From Pyrinomonadaceae bacterium (GTDB lineage: Bacteria > Acidobacteriota > Blastocatellia > Pyrinomonadales > Pyrinomonadaceae), in contig JBKBYA010000011.1 of the NCBI GenBank assembly GCA_046313635.1, positions 1 through 64,000 on the forward strand: a stretch of DNA of 64,000 bases, read 5' to 3'. The notes beneath the pieces are model-generated. The model was not told the DNA's origin, did no database searches, and saw only the letters and a list, made by a program, of their open reading frames with translations. The position numbers and the translations under genes are program-made. This document shows positions 20,954-31,278 of the stretch, piece after piece. The first letter of the stretch is position 1; every line of letters begins with the position of its first letter.

Positions 20954-22354
20954 CTAATTCAGTTCGACCGTGTCACCGTAGGACGGAGTAGCGACCTCCC
21001 AGCCGAATCTGTCTCGAATGTGCTGAGCCATCGCGGCCGCGGCCTCAGGCTCGCCGTGTGTCGTAAAGACAAGTTTGGGCGCTGAGGGGAGCCCCTCGAG
21101 CCACCGCAGGACCGATCGCCAGTCGGCATGCGCCGAAAAGCTGTCGATCCTTTCGACATGGCATCTGACGGGCACCATCTGTCTCATTATCTTGACCTCG
21201 CGTTCGCCGTCGATAATTCGCCGGCCGCGCGTGCCGGCGGCCTGGTAGCCGACAAAGACGATCGTCGCTCGTTCGTCAGGCAGTATCCGCATCGCGTGGT
21301 GCAGCACGCGGCCGCCGGTCAGCATTCCCGACGCGGAAATGATAATGCGGCAGCCGCGCATCTCGTTAAGTCGCTTTGACTCGTCGCGGCTCGATGCGGT
21401 CGCCATCGAACGCGTCCTGAGAGGATGACGTTTTGTCGCGAGGATCCTCGAGTATTCCTCATCGTGCTCGTCATGCCAGCGGTTGTAGATCTGCGTCGCC
21501 TGCGCCGCCATCGGCGAATCGACGACGACCGGCAAGATCGGGATGAGTCCGCCATCCTCAAGCTCGCGGATCGTATATAAGACTTCCTGTACGCGGCCGA
21601 CGGCAAATGCCGGAATAAGTATCGGCCCCTGTCGGCGAAACGCTTCGTTGATGATCCTCTTCAATTGATCGGCCGGCGACACGTCGCCGTGAAGCCGGTC
21701 GCCGTAGGTCGACTCGCACATCAGATAATCGCACTCGGCCGGCGGCGCGGGGTCTTTGATGATCGGCTGCTCGTAGTGACCGAGGTCGCCTGAGAATAGA
21801 AATCTGATCGGATCGCCGCTGCCTTCGCGATCCATCTCGACGAGTACCTGGCTCGCGCCGATGATATGCCCCGCAACGCTGAATCTCGCACGAATGCCGT
21901 CCGAGATCGCGACCGCTTCGCCATTATTCGGCACCGGACGCAGCAGTTCGAGTGCGGCCTCCGCGTCGCGCTCGTCGTACAGCGGCTCTGCCGGCGTATG
22001 GCTCGTCAGCGCATGTCGATTACGGTAGTCGGCCTCTTCTTCCTGCAGACGGGCCGAATCGGGCAGCAGTATCTTGAGCAGGTCGGCCGTCGCGCGCGAG
22101 GCAAAGACGTCGCCGGCGAAGCCCAGCTTTACCAGTCTCGGCAGGTATCCTGTGTGATCGATATGGGCGTGAGTGATGATGACCGCGTCGATCTCCGACG
22201 GCGCGAAGGGCGGGTCGCTCCAGTTGCGCTCACGCAATTCCTTCAAACCCTGGAATAGTCCGCAGTCGACAAGTACGCGCCGGCCCGAGTGCTCGATCAG
22301 ATACTTCGACCCGGTCACCGTGCCCACGCCGCCAAAAAAACTGATGCTCGACAT
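20954..22354 (-). CDS. beta-CASP metallo-beta-lactamase-fold ribonuclease
   Basis: GTVTGS, VDCGLFQG, THAHIDHTG, GHIIGA, ESTYGDR, FSAHAD and HGE motifs. Start at ATG 22354. Confidence 0.92.
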   Translation of the reverse strand: MSSISFFGGVGTVTGSKYLIEHSGRRVLVDCGLFQGLKELRERNWSDPPFAPSEIDAVIITHAHIDHTGYLPRLVKLGFAGDVFASRATADLLKILLPDSARLQEEEADYRNRHALTSHTPAEPLYDERDAEAALELLRPVPNNGEAVAISDGIRARFSVAGHIIGASQVLVEMDREGSGDPIRFLFSGDLGHYEQPIIKDPAPPAECDYLMCESTYGDRLHGDVSPADQLKRIINEAFRRQGPILIPAFAVGRVQEVLYTIRELEDGGLIPILPVVVDSPMAAQATQIYNRWHDEHDEEYSRILATKRHPLRTRSMATASSRDESKRLNEMRGCRIIISASGMLTGGRVLHHAMRILPDERATIVFVGYQAAGTRGRRIIDGEREVKIMRQMVPVRCHVERIDSFSAHADWRSVLRWLEGLPSAPKLVFTTHGEPEAAAAMAQHIRDRFGWEVATPSYGDTVELN

Positions 22355-22506
22355 AAGCAATGAATTTAGCACGAACGCACCGTCTGACGCCTTTGGCGAA
22401 GAGCGCCGCAGTGCTGTCCGAACCGCCGCCTGTAAACTCTTGAATTCCGCCAAAATAACCGGCTATAAATTTTTGAAAAAAACTCGAACAAATTCCGAGC
22501 AGCCGG

Positions 22507-22535
22507 TTGACTAAGTGCCGCTACATCCCTATCAT
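22507..22535 (+). promoter_or_regulatory. sigma70 promoter of lipoprotein gene 1
   Basis: TTGACT, 17 bp, TATCAT. Confidence 0.7.
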
Positions 22536-22639
22536 TTCGATTTGTCCCGAGAAAAAGAAAGAGGTTTCGACGGACAAGACCGTGTACGCACGGAAGCTCA
22601 GTAATATTCTTTGAAGAAGATTAGGAGATCTGAACAGAA

Positions 22640-22936
22640 ATGAAAAAAGCAATTGCACTTTCAGCGGTTCTGGCACTCGGTGCCCTTGGTGTCGCTTGCG
22701 GTGGTGAGACGGCTACCAACAGCAACGCCAACAAGACCAATACGAACACCAACGCTAACGCGACGGTAACCAACACCACCACGACGACGACCACGACGAC
22801 GACCAACACGATGCCGTCGAACTCGACCACGACGACGAACACGACCACGTCGAACTCGTCGAACGCCAACACGACGAAGTCGAACACCACGACGTCCAAC
22901 ACGTCGAACAGCAACCACTCGAACACCAACAAGTAG
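22640..22936 (+). CDS. small Thr/Asn/Ser-rich lipoprotein ending HSNTNK
   Basis: AGGAGA upstream; 19-aa signal followed by lipobox LGVA-C; low-complexity body; own promoter and terminator. Confidence 0.85.
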   Translation: MKKAIALSAVLALGALGVACGGETATNSNANKTNTNTNANATVTNTTTTTTTTTTNTMPSNSTTTTNTTTSNSSNANTTKSNTTTSNTSNSNHSNTNK

Positions 22937-22956
22937 TTCGACACAGGTTCAAGATC

Positions 22957-22992
22957 AAAAGGCACGTCCGCGTTTTGGACGTGCCTTTTTTC
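22957..22992 (+). terminator. intrinsic terminator
   Basis: AAAAGGCACGTCC-loop-GGACGTGCCTTTTTT. Confidence 0.85.
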
Positions 22993-23044
22993 GTTCGTTA
23001 AGCCGGATATCCCACGACCGCGACAAATGCCCCGCTGACCCCGT

Positions 23045-23073
23045 TTGACTCGGGCCGGAATGCCGAATATATT
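23045..23073 (+). promoter_or_regulatory. sigma70 promoter of lipoprotein gene 2
   Basis: TTGACT, 17 bp, TATATT. Confidence 0.65.
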
Positions 23074-23165
23074 GTCCCCGGTCTCAAGACTTACAGTTTT
23101 GCGACCGGCCTTTTCAGGCCTCGTTTGCGTTTACCTAATCTTGAGAAGACAGGAGAATCAACTTG

Positions 23166-23459
23166 ATGAAAAGAGTAATTGCTTTGGCAGCTTTGCTTGG
23201 GCTCGGTGCATTTGCGATCGCGTGCGGCGGCGGCGAGGCCAACACCGCCGCGAACGTTAACAAGGCGGTGACCAACGCCCTGAATTCGGCGGCGAATGCC
23301 GCTCAGTCGGCTGCAAATGCCGCGCAGTCGGCGGCCAATCAGGCTCAGACCGCAGCGAACCAGTTGTCGAATTCGATGGCCAACGGAGCCAACGCCAAAC
23401 CGGCAAACAGCTCGAATACGGCCGCGAACGGCAACACACATTCGAATACGAACAAGTAG
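23166..23459 (+). CDS. small Ala/Asn-rich heptad-repeat lipoprotein ending HSNTNK
   Basis: AGGAGA RBS; 19-aa signal followed by FAIA-C lipobox; NAAQSAA heptads; paralog of 22640-22936. Confidence 0.85.
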   Translation: MKRVIALAALLGLGAFAIACGGGEANTAANVNKAVTNALNSAANAAQSAANAAQSAANQAQTAANQLSNSMANGANAKPANSSNTAANGNTHSNTNK

Positions 23460-23480
23460 TTTCGGATCTCGAAATAAACC

Positions 23481-23524
23481 AAAAGCACCTCGCCGGGCCC
23501 TGCCTGCGAGGTGCTTTTGTTTTT
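23481..23524. terminator. bidirectional intrinsic terminator
   Basis: AAAAGCACCTCGC-loop-GCGAGGTGCTTTT between convergent genes. Confidence 0.8.
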
Positions 23525-23548
23525 CGCCGATCGAGCGGATCTGCTGTC

Positions 23549-25603
23549 TTAACCGGCCAGCTGCTCGGCTAGTTCCGCGGCCGTCGTAGCGGGCCTGCTG
23601 CAGACAAAATTTTCGCAGACAAAGGCCGTGGGCCCGCCGTCGATCGGGCGGCGGCCTTCGAGCAGAGGCAGCTGCGCAGCGTCGGCCATATCGCCGGCGG
23701 CCGGAACGACGACCTTATTAGGCAAATATCCCTGCCAGACGACGCGGGCCATCTCGCCGTCGGCGTCGCCGAGCAAGACGATCTCGCGTGTCGGAGCAAG
23801 ATGGAATTCGATCGCCGAGAGCGCGCGGCCAAAGCCCTGCGGGTAACGTCGTATCTGCGACGAGGCAAGGCGCAGAACTGTCGTCGCAAACCGCGCGTAC
23901 CTGTCGTCGCCCGTAAGCTTGCCGAGCTTGAGCAGGACGTCAGCCGCAACCGAATTCCCCGAAGGCGTCGCGTTGTCGAAAAAGTCCTTGTTCCTGACGA
24001 TCAGCTCCTCATGATCGGCCGACGTGAAATAGAATCCACCGCTCTCCTCGTCCCAAAATTCGGTGATCATCAGATCGGCGAGACGCTTCGCCTCGCGGAA
24101 ATATTTGATATCGCCGGAAACCTGAAACAGCTCGAGCAGACCGTCGGCGAGGTTTGCGTAGTCCTCGATGTATGCGTTGAGCTTTGCGCGGCCGTCCTTC
24201 CATGTGCGGAGCAGCCGGCCGTCGCGCATCAATTCCGAAAGCAGAAAGTCGGCATTGCGGCGCGCGACCTCAAGATACTCGTCGCTGGCGAGCACCGCCG
24301 CGGCCTCCGCGAAAGCGGCGAGCATCAAACCGTTCCACGCGGTAAGGACCTTTTCGTCACGGTGCGGCTTGACGCGCTTTTCTCTTTCGGCAAAGAGCCT
24401 TTCGCGGCCGCGCTCGATCGTCTCTCGCACCTCGGCCTCGTCCATCTTCAATGCCTTTGCCGCGGCCTCGGGCGTGAAATTGATGTTGAGAATGCTCTTG
24501 CCCTCAAAGTTCCCTTCGTCCGAGACGTCGTAGTAAAAACTGAAAACCCGAGCATCGCGCTCGCCCAGCACCGCCTCGATCTCGTCAGGCGTCCAGACAA
24601 AGAACTTCCCTTCTTCGCCCTCGCTGTCGGCGTCCTGCGTCGAATAAAAGCCGCCGCTTTCGCCGGTCATTTCGCGGCGAACGTACTCGAGCGTCTCGAC
24701 CGCGATCCGCTTGAACATCTCGTCGCCCGTGATCTGAAAAAGATGAAGGTAGATACGTATCAGCTGCGCGTTGTCGTACAGCATCTTTTCAAAATGCGGC
24801 ACGAGCCAGACGGCGTCGACCGAGTATCGATGAAACCCGCCGCCGAGCTGATCGTAAATTCCGCCCTCGGCCATCTTTTCAGCTGTCTTGCGAACGATCT
24901 CGAGAGCTCGCTCGCTGCCGGTGCGCTTGTGATAGCGGAGCAGGAATTCGAGCGTCATCGACGGCGGGAATTTCGGAGCGCCGCCAAAGCCGCCGTTGGT
25001 CGCGTCAAAGTTACGCTCGATGCTGGTAAAAGCCGCATCCGCAAGATCAGCCGAGATCACGCCGCCGCCCGCCTCGGTCAAGCTCATTCGGCGTAGCTCG
25101 CCGAGGATGTCGACGGTCGAACGCATTATCTCGTCACGCTTGTTCTGCCATGCGTCTGCGATGCTCATCAGGAGCTGAGTAAAGCTCGGCATGCCGTACC
25201 GCGGCTCGGGCGGAAAGTACGTGCCGCCGAAGAAAGGCACCTTGTCCGGCGTCACAAAGACCGTCATCGGCCAGCCGCCGCGGCCTGTCGTGAGCTGCAC
25301 GAACGACATATAGATCTGGTCGACGTCCGGCCGCTCTTCCATATCGACCTTGATGTTGACGAAGTGCTCGTTCATCACCGCGGCGGTCGCCTCGTCCTCA
25401 AACGATTCGTGCTCCATCACGTGACACCAGTGACACGCCGAATAGCCGATGCTGACGAGCACCGGTTTGTCCTCGGAACGCGCTTTCTCAAACGCCTCGT
25501 CGCCCCAAGGGTACCAGTCGACCGGATTGTGCGCGTGCTGTAAGAGGTAAGGGCTCGTCTCGTCGACAAGACGATTTGTATGCTTCTTTGCGGTGGTCTG
25601 CAT
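23549..25603 (-). CDS. thioredoxin-domain-containing protein (YyaL/SSP411, DUF255 family)
   Basis: [40 protein letters not shown] and [14 protein letters not shown]. Confidence 0.95.
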   Translation of the reverse strand: MQTTAKKHTNRLVDETSPYLLQHAHNPVDWYPWGDEAFEKARSEDKPVLVSIGYSACHWCHVMEHESFEDEATAAVMNEHFVNIKVDMEERPDVDQIYMSFVQLTTGRGGWPMTVFVTPDKVPFFGGTYFPPEPRYGMPSFTQLLMSIADAWQNKRDEIMRSTVDILGELRRMSLTEAGGGVISADLADAAFTSIERNFDATNGGFGGAPKFPPSMTLEFLLRYHKRTGSERALEIVRKTAEKMAEGGIYDQLGGGFHRYSVDAVWLVPHFEKMLYDNAQLIRIYLHLFQITGDEMFKRIAVETLEYVRREMTGESGGFYSTQDADSEGEEGKFFVWTPDEIEAVLGERDARVFSFYYDVSDEGNFEGKSILNINFTPEAAAKALKMDEAEVRETIERGRERLFAEREKRVKPHRDEKVLTAWNGLMLAAFAEAAAVLASDEYLEVARRNADFLLSELMRDGRLLRTWKDGRAKLNAYIEDYANLADGLLELFQVSGDIKYFREAKRLADLMITEFWDEESGGFYFTSADHEELIVRNKDFFDNATPSGNSVAADVLLKLGKLTGDDRYARFATTVLRLASSQIRRYPQGFGRALSAIEFHLAPTREIVLLGDADGEMARVVWQGYLPNKVVVPAAGDMADAAQLPLLEGRRPIDGGPTAFVCENFVCSRPATTAAELAEQLAG

Positions 25604-25864
25604 GACGTCATTCTTTCACGCCGCAGTCGGTCGGGCAACCGTTTTGAAAGCCTCCGACGCGGGTGATATATTGTTCGAAACTGCCCTATGACACCTCGCT
25701 GCATCGCAAAACTTCGACCCATAACGCAGCGGGCGAATCTCTTCGCCGGCGACTAAACTTCTCTCTTCGCGCCGCATCAAACGGCGGTCCCGTACCGCTT
25801 TTCCGCAGTCGATCGACCGCGGTCCCACAACGCGGGCTTCACCATATCAAGGAGAGAGAGAATC

Positions 25865-27292
25865 ATGATGCCAGGCACCGAATTCGAAAGACCGAATATC
25901 AAGACCGAACTTCCGGGTCCTAAGTCGCGCGAGATCATCGACGCCGACTCCCGCTACGTTACGCCGAGCTACCCGCGGCCGGATTACAAACTCGTTGCCG
26001 ACCACGCGCAGGGCGTGTGGCTGACCGACCCGGACGGAAACGTATTTCTGGACTGCAACGCCGGCGTGGCCGTCTGCTCTACCGGCCACTGCCATCCTGA
26101 GATCGTAAAAACGCTGCAGGAGCAGGTCGCCCAGCTGATCCACATGTGCGGCACCGACTTTTACTACCGCCATATGCCCGAGCTCGGCAAGAAGCTCGAG
26201 GAGATCTGCCCGATCAAGCCGGGCGCAGACGCTGGTGCGAACGAGCGTGCGCAGACGAGAACGCATTTCGCCAACTCGGGAGCCGAGGCGATCGAGACCG
26301 CGCTCAAGGTCGCGATGTATCACACGCGGCGGCAAAAGTTCATCTCGTTCTACGGCTCGTTCCACGGCCGCACGCTCGGAGCTCTGAGCCTGACGTCGTC
26401 AAAAAAAGCGCAGCGGCTCGGCTTTATGCGGCAGGCGCTGGACGTCGTGCACATTCCGTATCCGAACAAGTTCCGTCACTTCGCGACCGATTTGCCGACC
26501 GACGAAGAGACGATCTCGCGCGACGTGATCAACTGGCTCGAGAATCGTGTCTTCCAGACGACGACGCCGCCTGAGGAAGTTGCGGGCATCGTGCTCGAGG
26601 TCGTGCAGGGCGAGGGCGGCTACGTCCCCGCGCCCAAAGCTTTCGTCAAAGAGCTCCGCCGCATCTGCGACCAGCACGGCATCATGCTCATCGTCGACGA
26701 GGTGCAGTCCGGCATGGGCCGCACGGGCAAGATGTTTGCACTCGATCATCACGATGGCGTCAAGGCCGACATCATGTGCCTCGCCAAAGGCCTCGGCTCC
26801 GGCATGCCGATCGGCGCCTGCATCGCCCGAGCCGACATCATGGACTGGCACAAGGGAGCTCACGCTTCGACCTTCGGCGGCAATCCGGTCGCGCTCGCCG
26901 CGGCGCTCAAGACGATCGAGCTGCTCGAGGGCGGGCTCATCGACAACGCCCGCGAGGTCGGAGGATATCTGGAAGCAGGGCTCCGCAAGCTGCAGGACAA
27001 GTACGACTGCATCGGCGACGTCCGCGGCATGGGATTGATGCTCGGTGTCGAATTCGTTAAGGGCAGAAACGCGAGTGTGAACGAGCGTGCCGACAGCGTC
27101 AATGGCCCGCTCGCCCCCGATGCCGAACTCCGCGACCGCGTCGAGATGGAATGCTATAAACGCGGCCTCATCATCCTCGGCTGCGGCGCCAACTCGATCC
27201 GCTGGTCACCGCCGCTGATCCTCACCAAGGAGCACGTCGACGTCGCCCTGGAGATCTTTGACCAGGTGATCGCTGACTGCAGCACGGCCTAG
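25865..27292 (+). CDS. class III PLP-dependent aminotransferase (GABA/ornithine aminotransferase family)
   Basis: NSGAEAIE, SFHGRT, VQGEGG, DEVQSGMGRTG, AKGLGSG and STFGGNP. Confidence 0.93.
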   Translation: MMPGTEFERPNIKTELPGPKSREIIDADSRYVTPSYPRPDYKLVADHAQGVWLTDPDGNVFLDCNAGVAVCSTGHCHPEIVKTLQEQVAQLIHMCGTDFYYRHMPELGKKLEEICPIKPGADAGANERAQTRTHFANSGAEAIETALKVAMYHTRRQKFISFYGSFHGRTLGALSLTSSKKAQRLGFMRQALDVVHIPYPNKFRHFATDLPTDEETISRDVINWLENRVFQTTTPPEEVAGIVLEVVQGEGGYVPAPKAFVKELRRICDQHGIMLIVDEVQSGMGRTGKMFALDHHDGVKADIMCLAKGLGSGMPIGACIARADIMDWHKGAHASTFGGNPVALAAALKTIELLEGGLIDNAREVGGYLEAGLRKLQDKYDCIGDVRGMGLMLGVEFVKGRNASVNERADSVNGPLAPDAELRDRVEMECYKRGLIILGCGANSIRWSPPLILTKEHVDVALEIFDQVIADCSTA

Positions 27293-27328
27293 TACCTCGC
27301 GTCGCTCTGAGCCATAACCGCTAACACG

Positions 27329-27364
27329 AAAAAGCTCGCCAGAAATATCCGGCGAGCTTCTTTC
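27329..27364. terminator. bidirectional terminator
   Basis: AAAAAGCTCGCC-loop-GGCGAGCTTCTTT between convergent genes. Confidence 0.7.
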
Positions 27365-27380
27365 ACGTTGCCTTTTGAGG

Positions 27381-28361
27381 TCAAGCCTTTACTCTTTTGA
27401 TCTCTTCAACCATCACGGGCACCGCTTCGAAGAGGTCGCCGACGATACCGTAGTCGGCGATGTCGAAGATCGGGGCTTCGGCGTCCTTGTTGACGGCGAC
27501 GATGGTGCCGGCGTTCTTCATACCGACGATGTGCTGGATCGCGCCGGAGATGCCGAGAGCGATGTAGAGCTTTGGTGCGACGGTCTGGCCGGACGAACCG
27601 ATCTGGCGATCGATCGGCAGCCATTCTGCGTCGCAGATCGGTCGCGATGCCGCGAGGTCGGCGCCGAGCGCGTCGGCGAGCTGCTGCGCAAGGGCGAGAT
27701 TCTCCTGCGACTTGATGCCGCGGCCGACGGCGACGATGATCTCGGACTTAGTAAGGTCGACCGAGGCCTTGGCTTCCTGAAACGGCTCTTCGGGCATCAT
27801 TCTGATCTCGCCGACCTCGACATTCATCGTCTCGACCGCCGCCGGAGCCGCGCCCTTTTGGGCGCTGTCGCCGCGAAACGATCCGGACTGGAACGTCACA
27901 AAGTACGGAGCGTCGCCGCCGACGGTCACGTCCGCGTCGAGCTTGCCGAGAAAGATGCGGCGCGTCAAAACCAGCTTGCCGCCCTCGGCCCGATAGCGTA
28001 TGCAGTCGCCCACGACCTCGCGCCCAAACCTCGCGGCGACCTTCGGTGCAAAGTCGCGTACCTGATAAGTGTGCGCCATCACGACGTACTGCGGAGCGGT
28101 CGCCTTGACGACCTGCTCCCACGCGTCGGCGTAGCCGTCGGGCGTGTAGACGCTGAGCTTTTCGTTCTTGGCGACGATGACCTTATCGACCGCGTAGCCC
28201 GCGATCTCGGCGGCCAGCGAGCAATCTTTGTCGCACGGGATCACGGCGGTGACGCCGAGCCCTAGGTCTTTGCCGATGCTCTGTGCCGCGGCGATCGCTT
28301 CGAGAGACGTCCGATTCAGGACGCAGTCCCTGTGCTCGATGAATACGAGAATTGTGCTCAT
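27381..28361 (-). CDS. etfA: electron transfer flavoprotein alpha subunit
   Basis: [40 protein letters not shown] and [10 protein letters not shown]. Start at ATG 28361. Confidence 0.95.
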   Translation of the reverse strand: MSTILVFIEHRDCVLNRTSLEAIAAAQSIGKDLGLGVTAVIPCDKDCSLAAEIAGYAVDKVIVAKNEKLSVYTPDGYADAWEQVVKATAPQYVVMAHTYQVRDFAPKVAARFGREVVGDCIRYRAEGGKLVLTRRIFLGKLDADVTVGGDAPYFVTFQSGSFRGDSAQKGAAPAAVETMNVEVGEIRMMPEEPFQEAKASVDLTKSEIIVAVGRGIKSQENLALAQQLADALGADLAASRPICDAEWLPIDRQIGSSGQTVAPKLYIALGISGAIQHIVGMKNAGTIVAVNKDAEAPIFDIADYGIVGDLFEAVPVMVEEIKRVKA

Positions 28362-28622
28362 AGAAACAAGATCTTGTGACGGGAGAAGAAATGAAAGTAT
28401 GACAAAAAGGGTGCGCGTCGGCAACTTTGCCCCTGCCGCGAACGCCGCCGGGCAGGCCTTGTAAATGAAGGTGAAACGATTTATTGTGTTCGCACAGAAA
28501 TTCTGTACGAATACGGTCGCGGACCGTCGTCGTGTCGGTGATCTTGAGTTCGTCTCCCAATACAAGGGGCCTCATTTACGCCGGTAACCAACTTCAACTT
28601 TCAATCTTAGGGGGAATCTATC

Positions 28623-30092
28623 GTGAACAACTCTAGTCTGAGCAGCCGCATGCTCGCGGCAGCATTTATTTGCTGCACACTTCTTCTCACGGGCAGCCAG
28701 TCGACCTGGGCCCAGTACGTCTGTCAGATAAACGGGGCCGCGATCGTGCAGAACGGATCGATCGCAGCGGGCGACCCGACACAGAGCGCCCGCATAAATC
28801 GTGACGGTGTGCCGTCGAGCTGCACAGGCGGAGCTCCGACGGCGGCACCGATCACGGGCACGTTCCGCTACGACGCGTACAATTACACCAATACGACCGG
28901 AGCCGACGCCTGCGTCGTCGTTGAGTACAATATGACCGGCTGCGGCGGAGCTGCGAGCAACTCGACGCAGGTAAACGCCTATTCGAGCTTCGACCCGGCC
29001 AATCCGAACGCAAACGTCATCGGCAAGCCAGGATTCAGCACGATCGGCACCGGCGTCCTTACTTTCAGGGTCGCGGCCGGCGCAAATTTCACGATCGTCG
29101 TACACGAGGTCACCGCCGGCGGCGGCTGTGCGGCCTACAGTTATCGAATGACCTTGCGCAACTCGTGCCGCGAGCCGGGATTTGATCGCACGAACGACGG
29201 CAAGGCCGATCCGACGTACTTCCGTCCGAGCAACGGCACGTGGAATATCTTCAACTCTGCCGGCGGCACCGAATCGAAGCTTTTTGGCTTGAATGGCGAT
29301 CTCGTGACCGCGGGCGACTACACCGGCGACGGCCAGACCGATGTCAGCACCTACCGACCGTCTGTGAATACGTGGTTCTATGCACGAACGCAGACCGCAC
29401 CCGAGTCGAACGTGACCTACGTTCCCTGGGGAACTTCGGGCGACGTTCCTGTGCCGGGAGATTACGATAAGGACGGCAGAACGGATGTCGCTGTATGGCG
29501 GCCTTCGAACGGTACGTATTACACGCTCCGCTCGTCAGATATGACGCTGTTTGCTATGCAATGGGGAGCTAACGGCGATACGCCTGTGGTAGGTGATTTT
29601 GACGGCGACCTGACAACAGACTTTGCGGTCGTGCGGCCCAGCTCGGGGCAGTACCGATGGCTGATCCTGAACAGCAACTTCACCTATGGTTTCACCTACG
29701 GCTGCGGAACGACCACGCCTAACTGCGGAGGCGGCGTTGTCTGGGGACAGACCGGCGACAGGCTGGTGCCCGGCGACTACGACGGCGATGCCGTGACCGA
29801 CATCGCGGTCTATCGCCCCACCGACGGGACGTGGCAGTATCAACGCAGCTCGGTGAGAACCGGCAACGCTCCGGGAACGACCGCGACCGCCGGTGCTGTC
29901 TGGGGCATCGCAGGCGACGTGCCTCAGCCGGCGGATTACGACGGCGACAAAAAGACCGATTTTGCCGTATTCCGTCCTTCGACCGGCACCTGGTATGTTT
30001 CGAACAGCGGCCTCGGCACCGCGACGGTATTGTCGTGGGGAGCGGCAACCGATCAGCCCGCGACCGCCCCGTACCTGATCACCAATCCGTGA
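28623..30092 (+). CDS. secreted FG-GAP/VCBS-repeat protein
   Basis: Signal peptide; about six (P/A)GD(Y/F)DGD..TD.AV.RPS.GTW repeats; Cys-containing N-terminal beta domain. Confidence 0.88.
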   Translation: MNNSSLSSRMLAAAFICCTLLLTGSQSTWAQYVCQINGAAIVQNGSIAAGDPTQSARINRDGVPSSCTGGAPTAAPITGTFRYDAYNYTNTTGADACVVVEYNMTGCGGAASNSTQVNAYSSFDPANPNANVIGKPGFSTIGTGVLTFRVAAGANFTIVVHEVTAGGGCAAYSYRMTLRNSCREPGFDRTNDGKADPTYFRPSNGTWNIFNSAGGTESKLFGLNGDLVTAGDYTGDGQTDVSTYRPSVNTWFYARTQTAPESNVTYVPWGTSGDVPVPGDYDKDGRTDVAVWRPSNGTYYTLRSSDMTLFAMQWGANGDTPVVGDFDGDLTTDFAVVRPSSGQYRWLILNSNFTYGFTYGCGTTTPNCGGGVVWGQTGDRLVPGDYDGDAVTDIAVYRPTDGTWQYQRSSVRTGNAPGTTATAGAVWGIAGDVPQPADYDGDKKTDFAVFRPSTGTWYVSNSGLGTATVLSWGAATDQPATAPYLITNP

Positions 30093-30124
30093 TCGTTTAC
30101 GGATCATTGCACAAACAAAAGCGG

Positions 30125-30149
30125 AGGCTGCCCGAGAGGGCAGCCTTTT
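30125..30149 (+). terminator. intrinsic terminator
   Basis: GGCTGCCC-GAGA-GGGCAGCC-TTTT. Confidence 0.75.
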
Positions 30150-30366
30150 GCATTTGGCTGGGCCGACGCGCGCTTTTGCGACTGTGTCCGCAGTCTCGTG
30201 CGGAGAGGCTGTGCGTTTCCGGCAGTGCTCGATATTTTGTTCAGGGACCTTTGCCTCCGTCCGCCGGGGAAAGCCGCAGCTTCGGAGAAATAAGAAATTC
30301 CGTCGCCCGAAGGGCGCAGCGCATGCTCACAGCACTCTCAACAGAGCCGCGTCTGACCAAATAAGA

Positions 30367-30394
30367 AAGAGGCCGCCTTTTCAGACGGCCTCTT
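30367..30394. terminator. terminator-like hairpin downstream of etfB, exact inverted copy of 10474-10501
   Basis: AAGAGGCCGCCTTTTCAGACGGCCTCTT. Confidence 0.7.
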
Positions 30395-30418
30395 GCGTTA
30401 TCTCGCTGTGACTTTGGA

Positions 30419-31195
30419 TCAGATCGCGCGGACCTCGTTCCGAAGCTTTTCGACCAGCTCGGCCGCGCCTTTCTTTGCGTCGCCGCCGCCGAGCAGCTGC
30501 GTCTGCTTGGTCTTTAGCGGCATATAGACCTTTTGGACAGTTTGCGCCGAGGCAAAGTCCGATATCGTCGGGGTGACGTCGCGGATCTCCTTTTTCTTGG
30601 CGGCCATAATGCCCTTGAGCGAGGCGTAGCGGATCTGTGAGATGCCCGATTGTATCGTGAGCAGCGCCGGCAGCTTGTACGTGAACCACTGGTACCAGCC
30701 GCTCTCGAGCTCGCGTTTGACGCGAAGCGTGTCGCCGATATTCGAGCGGTCGACCTCGATCACGATCGTCGCGTGCGGTATGCCGAGCAGCTCGGCGAGG
30801 ATCACGCCCGTCTGGCCGTAGCTCGCGTCGTCCGACTGCAGCCCCGTGAAGACCAGGTCCGCCTTTTCGTCGCGGATGGCATCGGCGATCGCCGATGCGA
30901 TCTGATAAGGCGAGAGCTTATTCGCGTTTTCGGCGACGACGTGGATGGCGCGGTCTGCGCCGCGTGCGAGAGCGTCCTTGATCACGGTCTTGGCGCTCTG
31001 CGGGCCCAGCGAGCAGACGATCACCTCGCCCTCGCCCTTCGCCTCTTTCATCCGCAGAGCTTCTTCGAGCGCATAGCCGTCGGACTCGTTCGTCTGCTGA
31101 GCGATGTCCGTTTCGTTGATCCATTTTTCGTCGCCCGAGATGCGTAGGACCGCATCCTTATTAGCGACCTGCTTCATTAGAACGATGATCTTCAT
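30419..31195 (-). CDS. etfB: electron transfer flavoprotein beta subunit
   Basis: MKIIVLMKQV, ALEEALR, ALARGADRAIHV, GLQSDD, RELE and RYASLKGIMAAKKK. Confidence 0.95.
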   Translation of the reverse strand: MKIIVLMKQVANKDAVLRISGDEKWINETDIAQQTNESDGYALEEALRMKEAKGEGEVIVCSLGPQSAKTVIKDALARGADRAIHVVAENANKLSPYQIASAIADAIRDEKADLVFTGLQSDDASYGQTGVILAELLGIPHATIVIEVDRSNIGDTLRVKRELESGWYQWFTYKLPALLTIQSGISQIRYASLKGIMAAKKKEIRDVTPTISDFASAQTVQKVYMPLKTKQTQLLGGGDAKKGAAELVEKLRNEVRAI

Positions 31196-31278
31196 CAACT
31201 AAATAGTCTCCAGAAAATCTCCGACCGCCGAGATCTCGGTCACTGAAAAGTAAACCCGAGCCGCCGCATGTCAAAAGG

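Noticed and set aside
22740..22930. ACC/ACG/AAC triplet runs as a VNTR or microsatellite
   Set aside because: These are Thr/Asn codons with synonymous variation within the lipoprotein gene.
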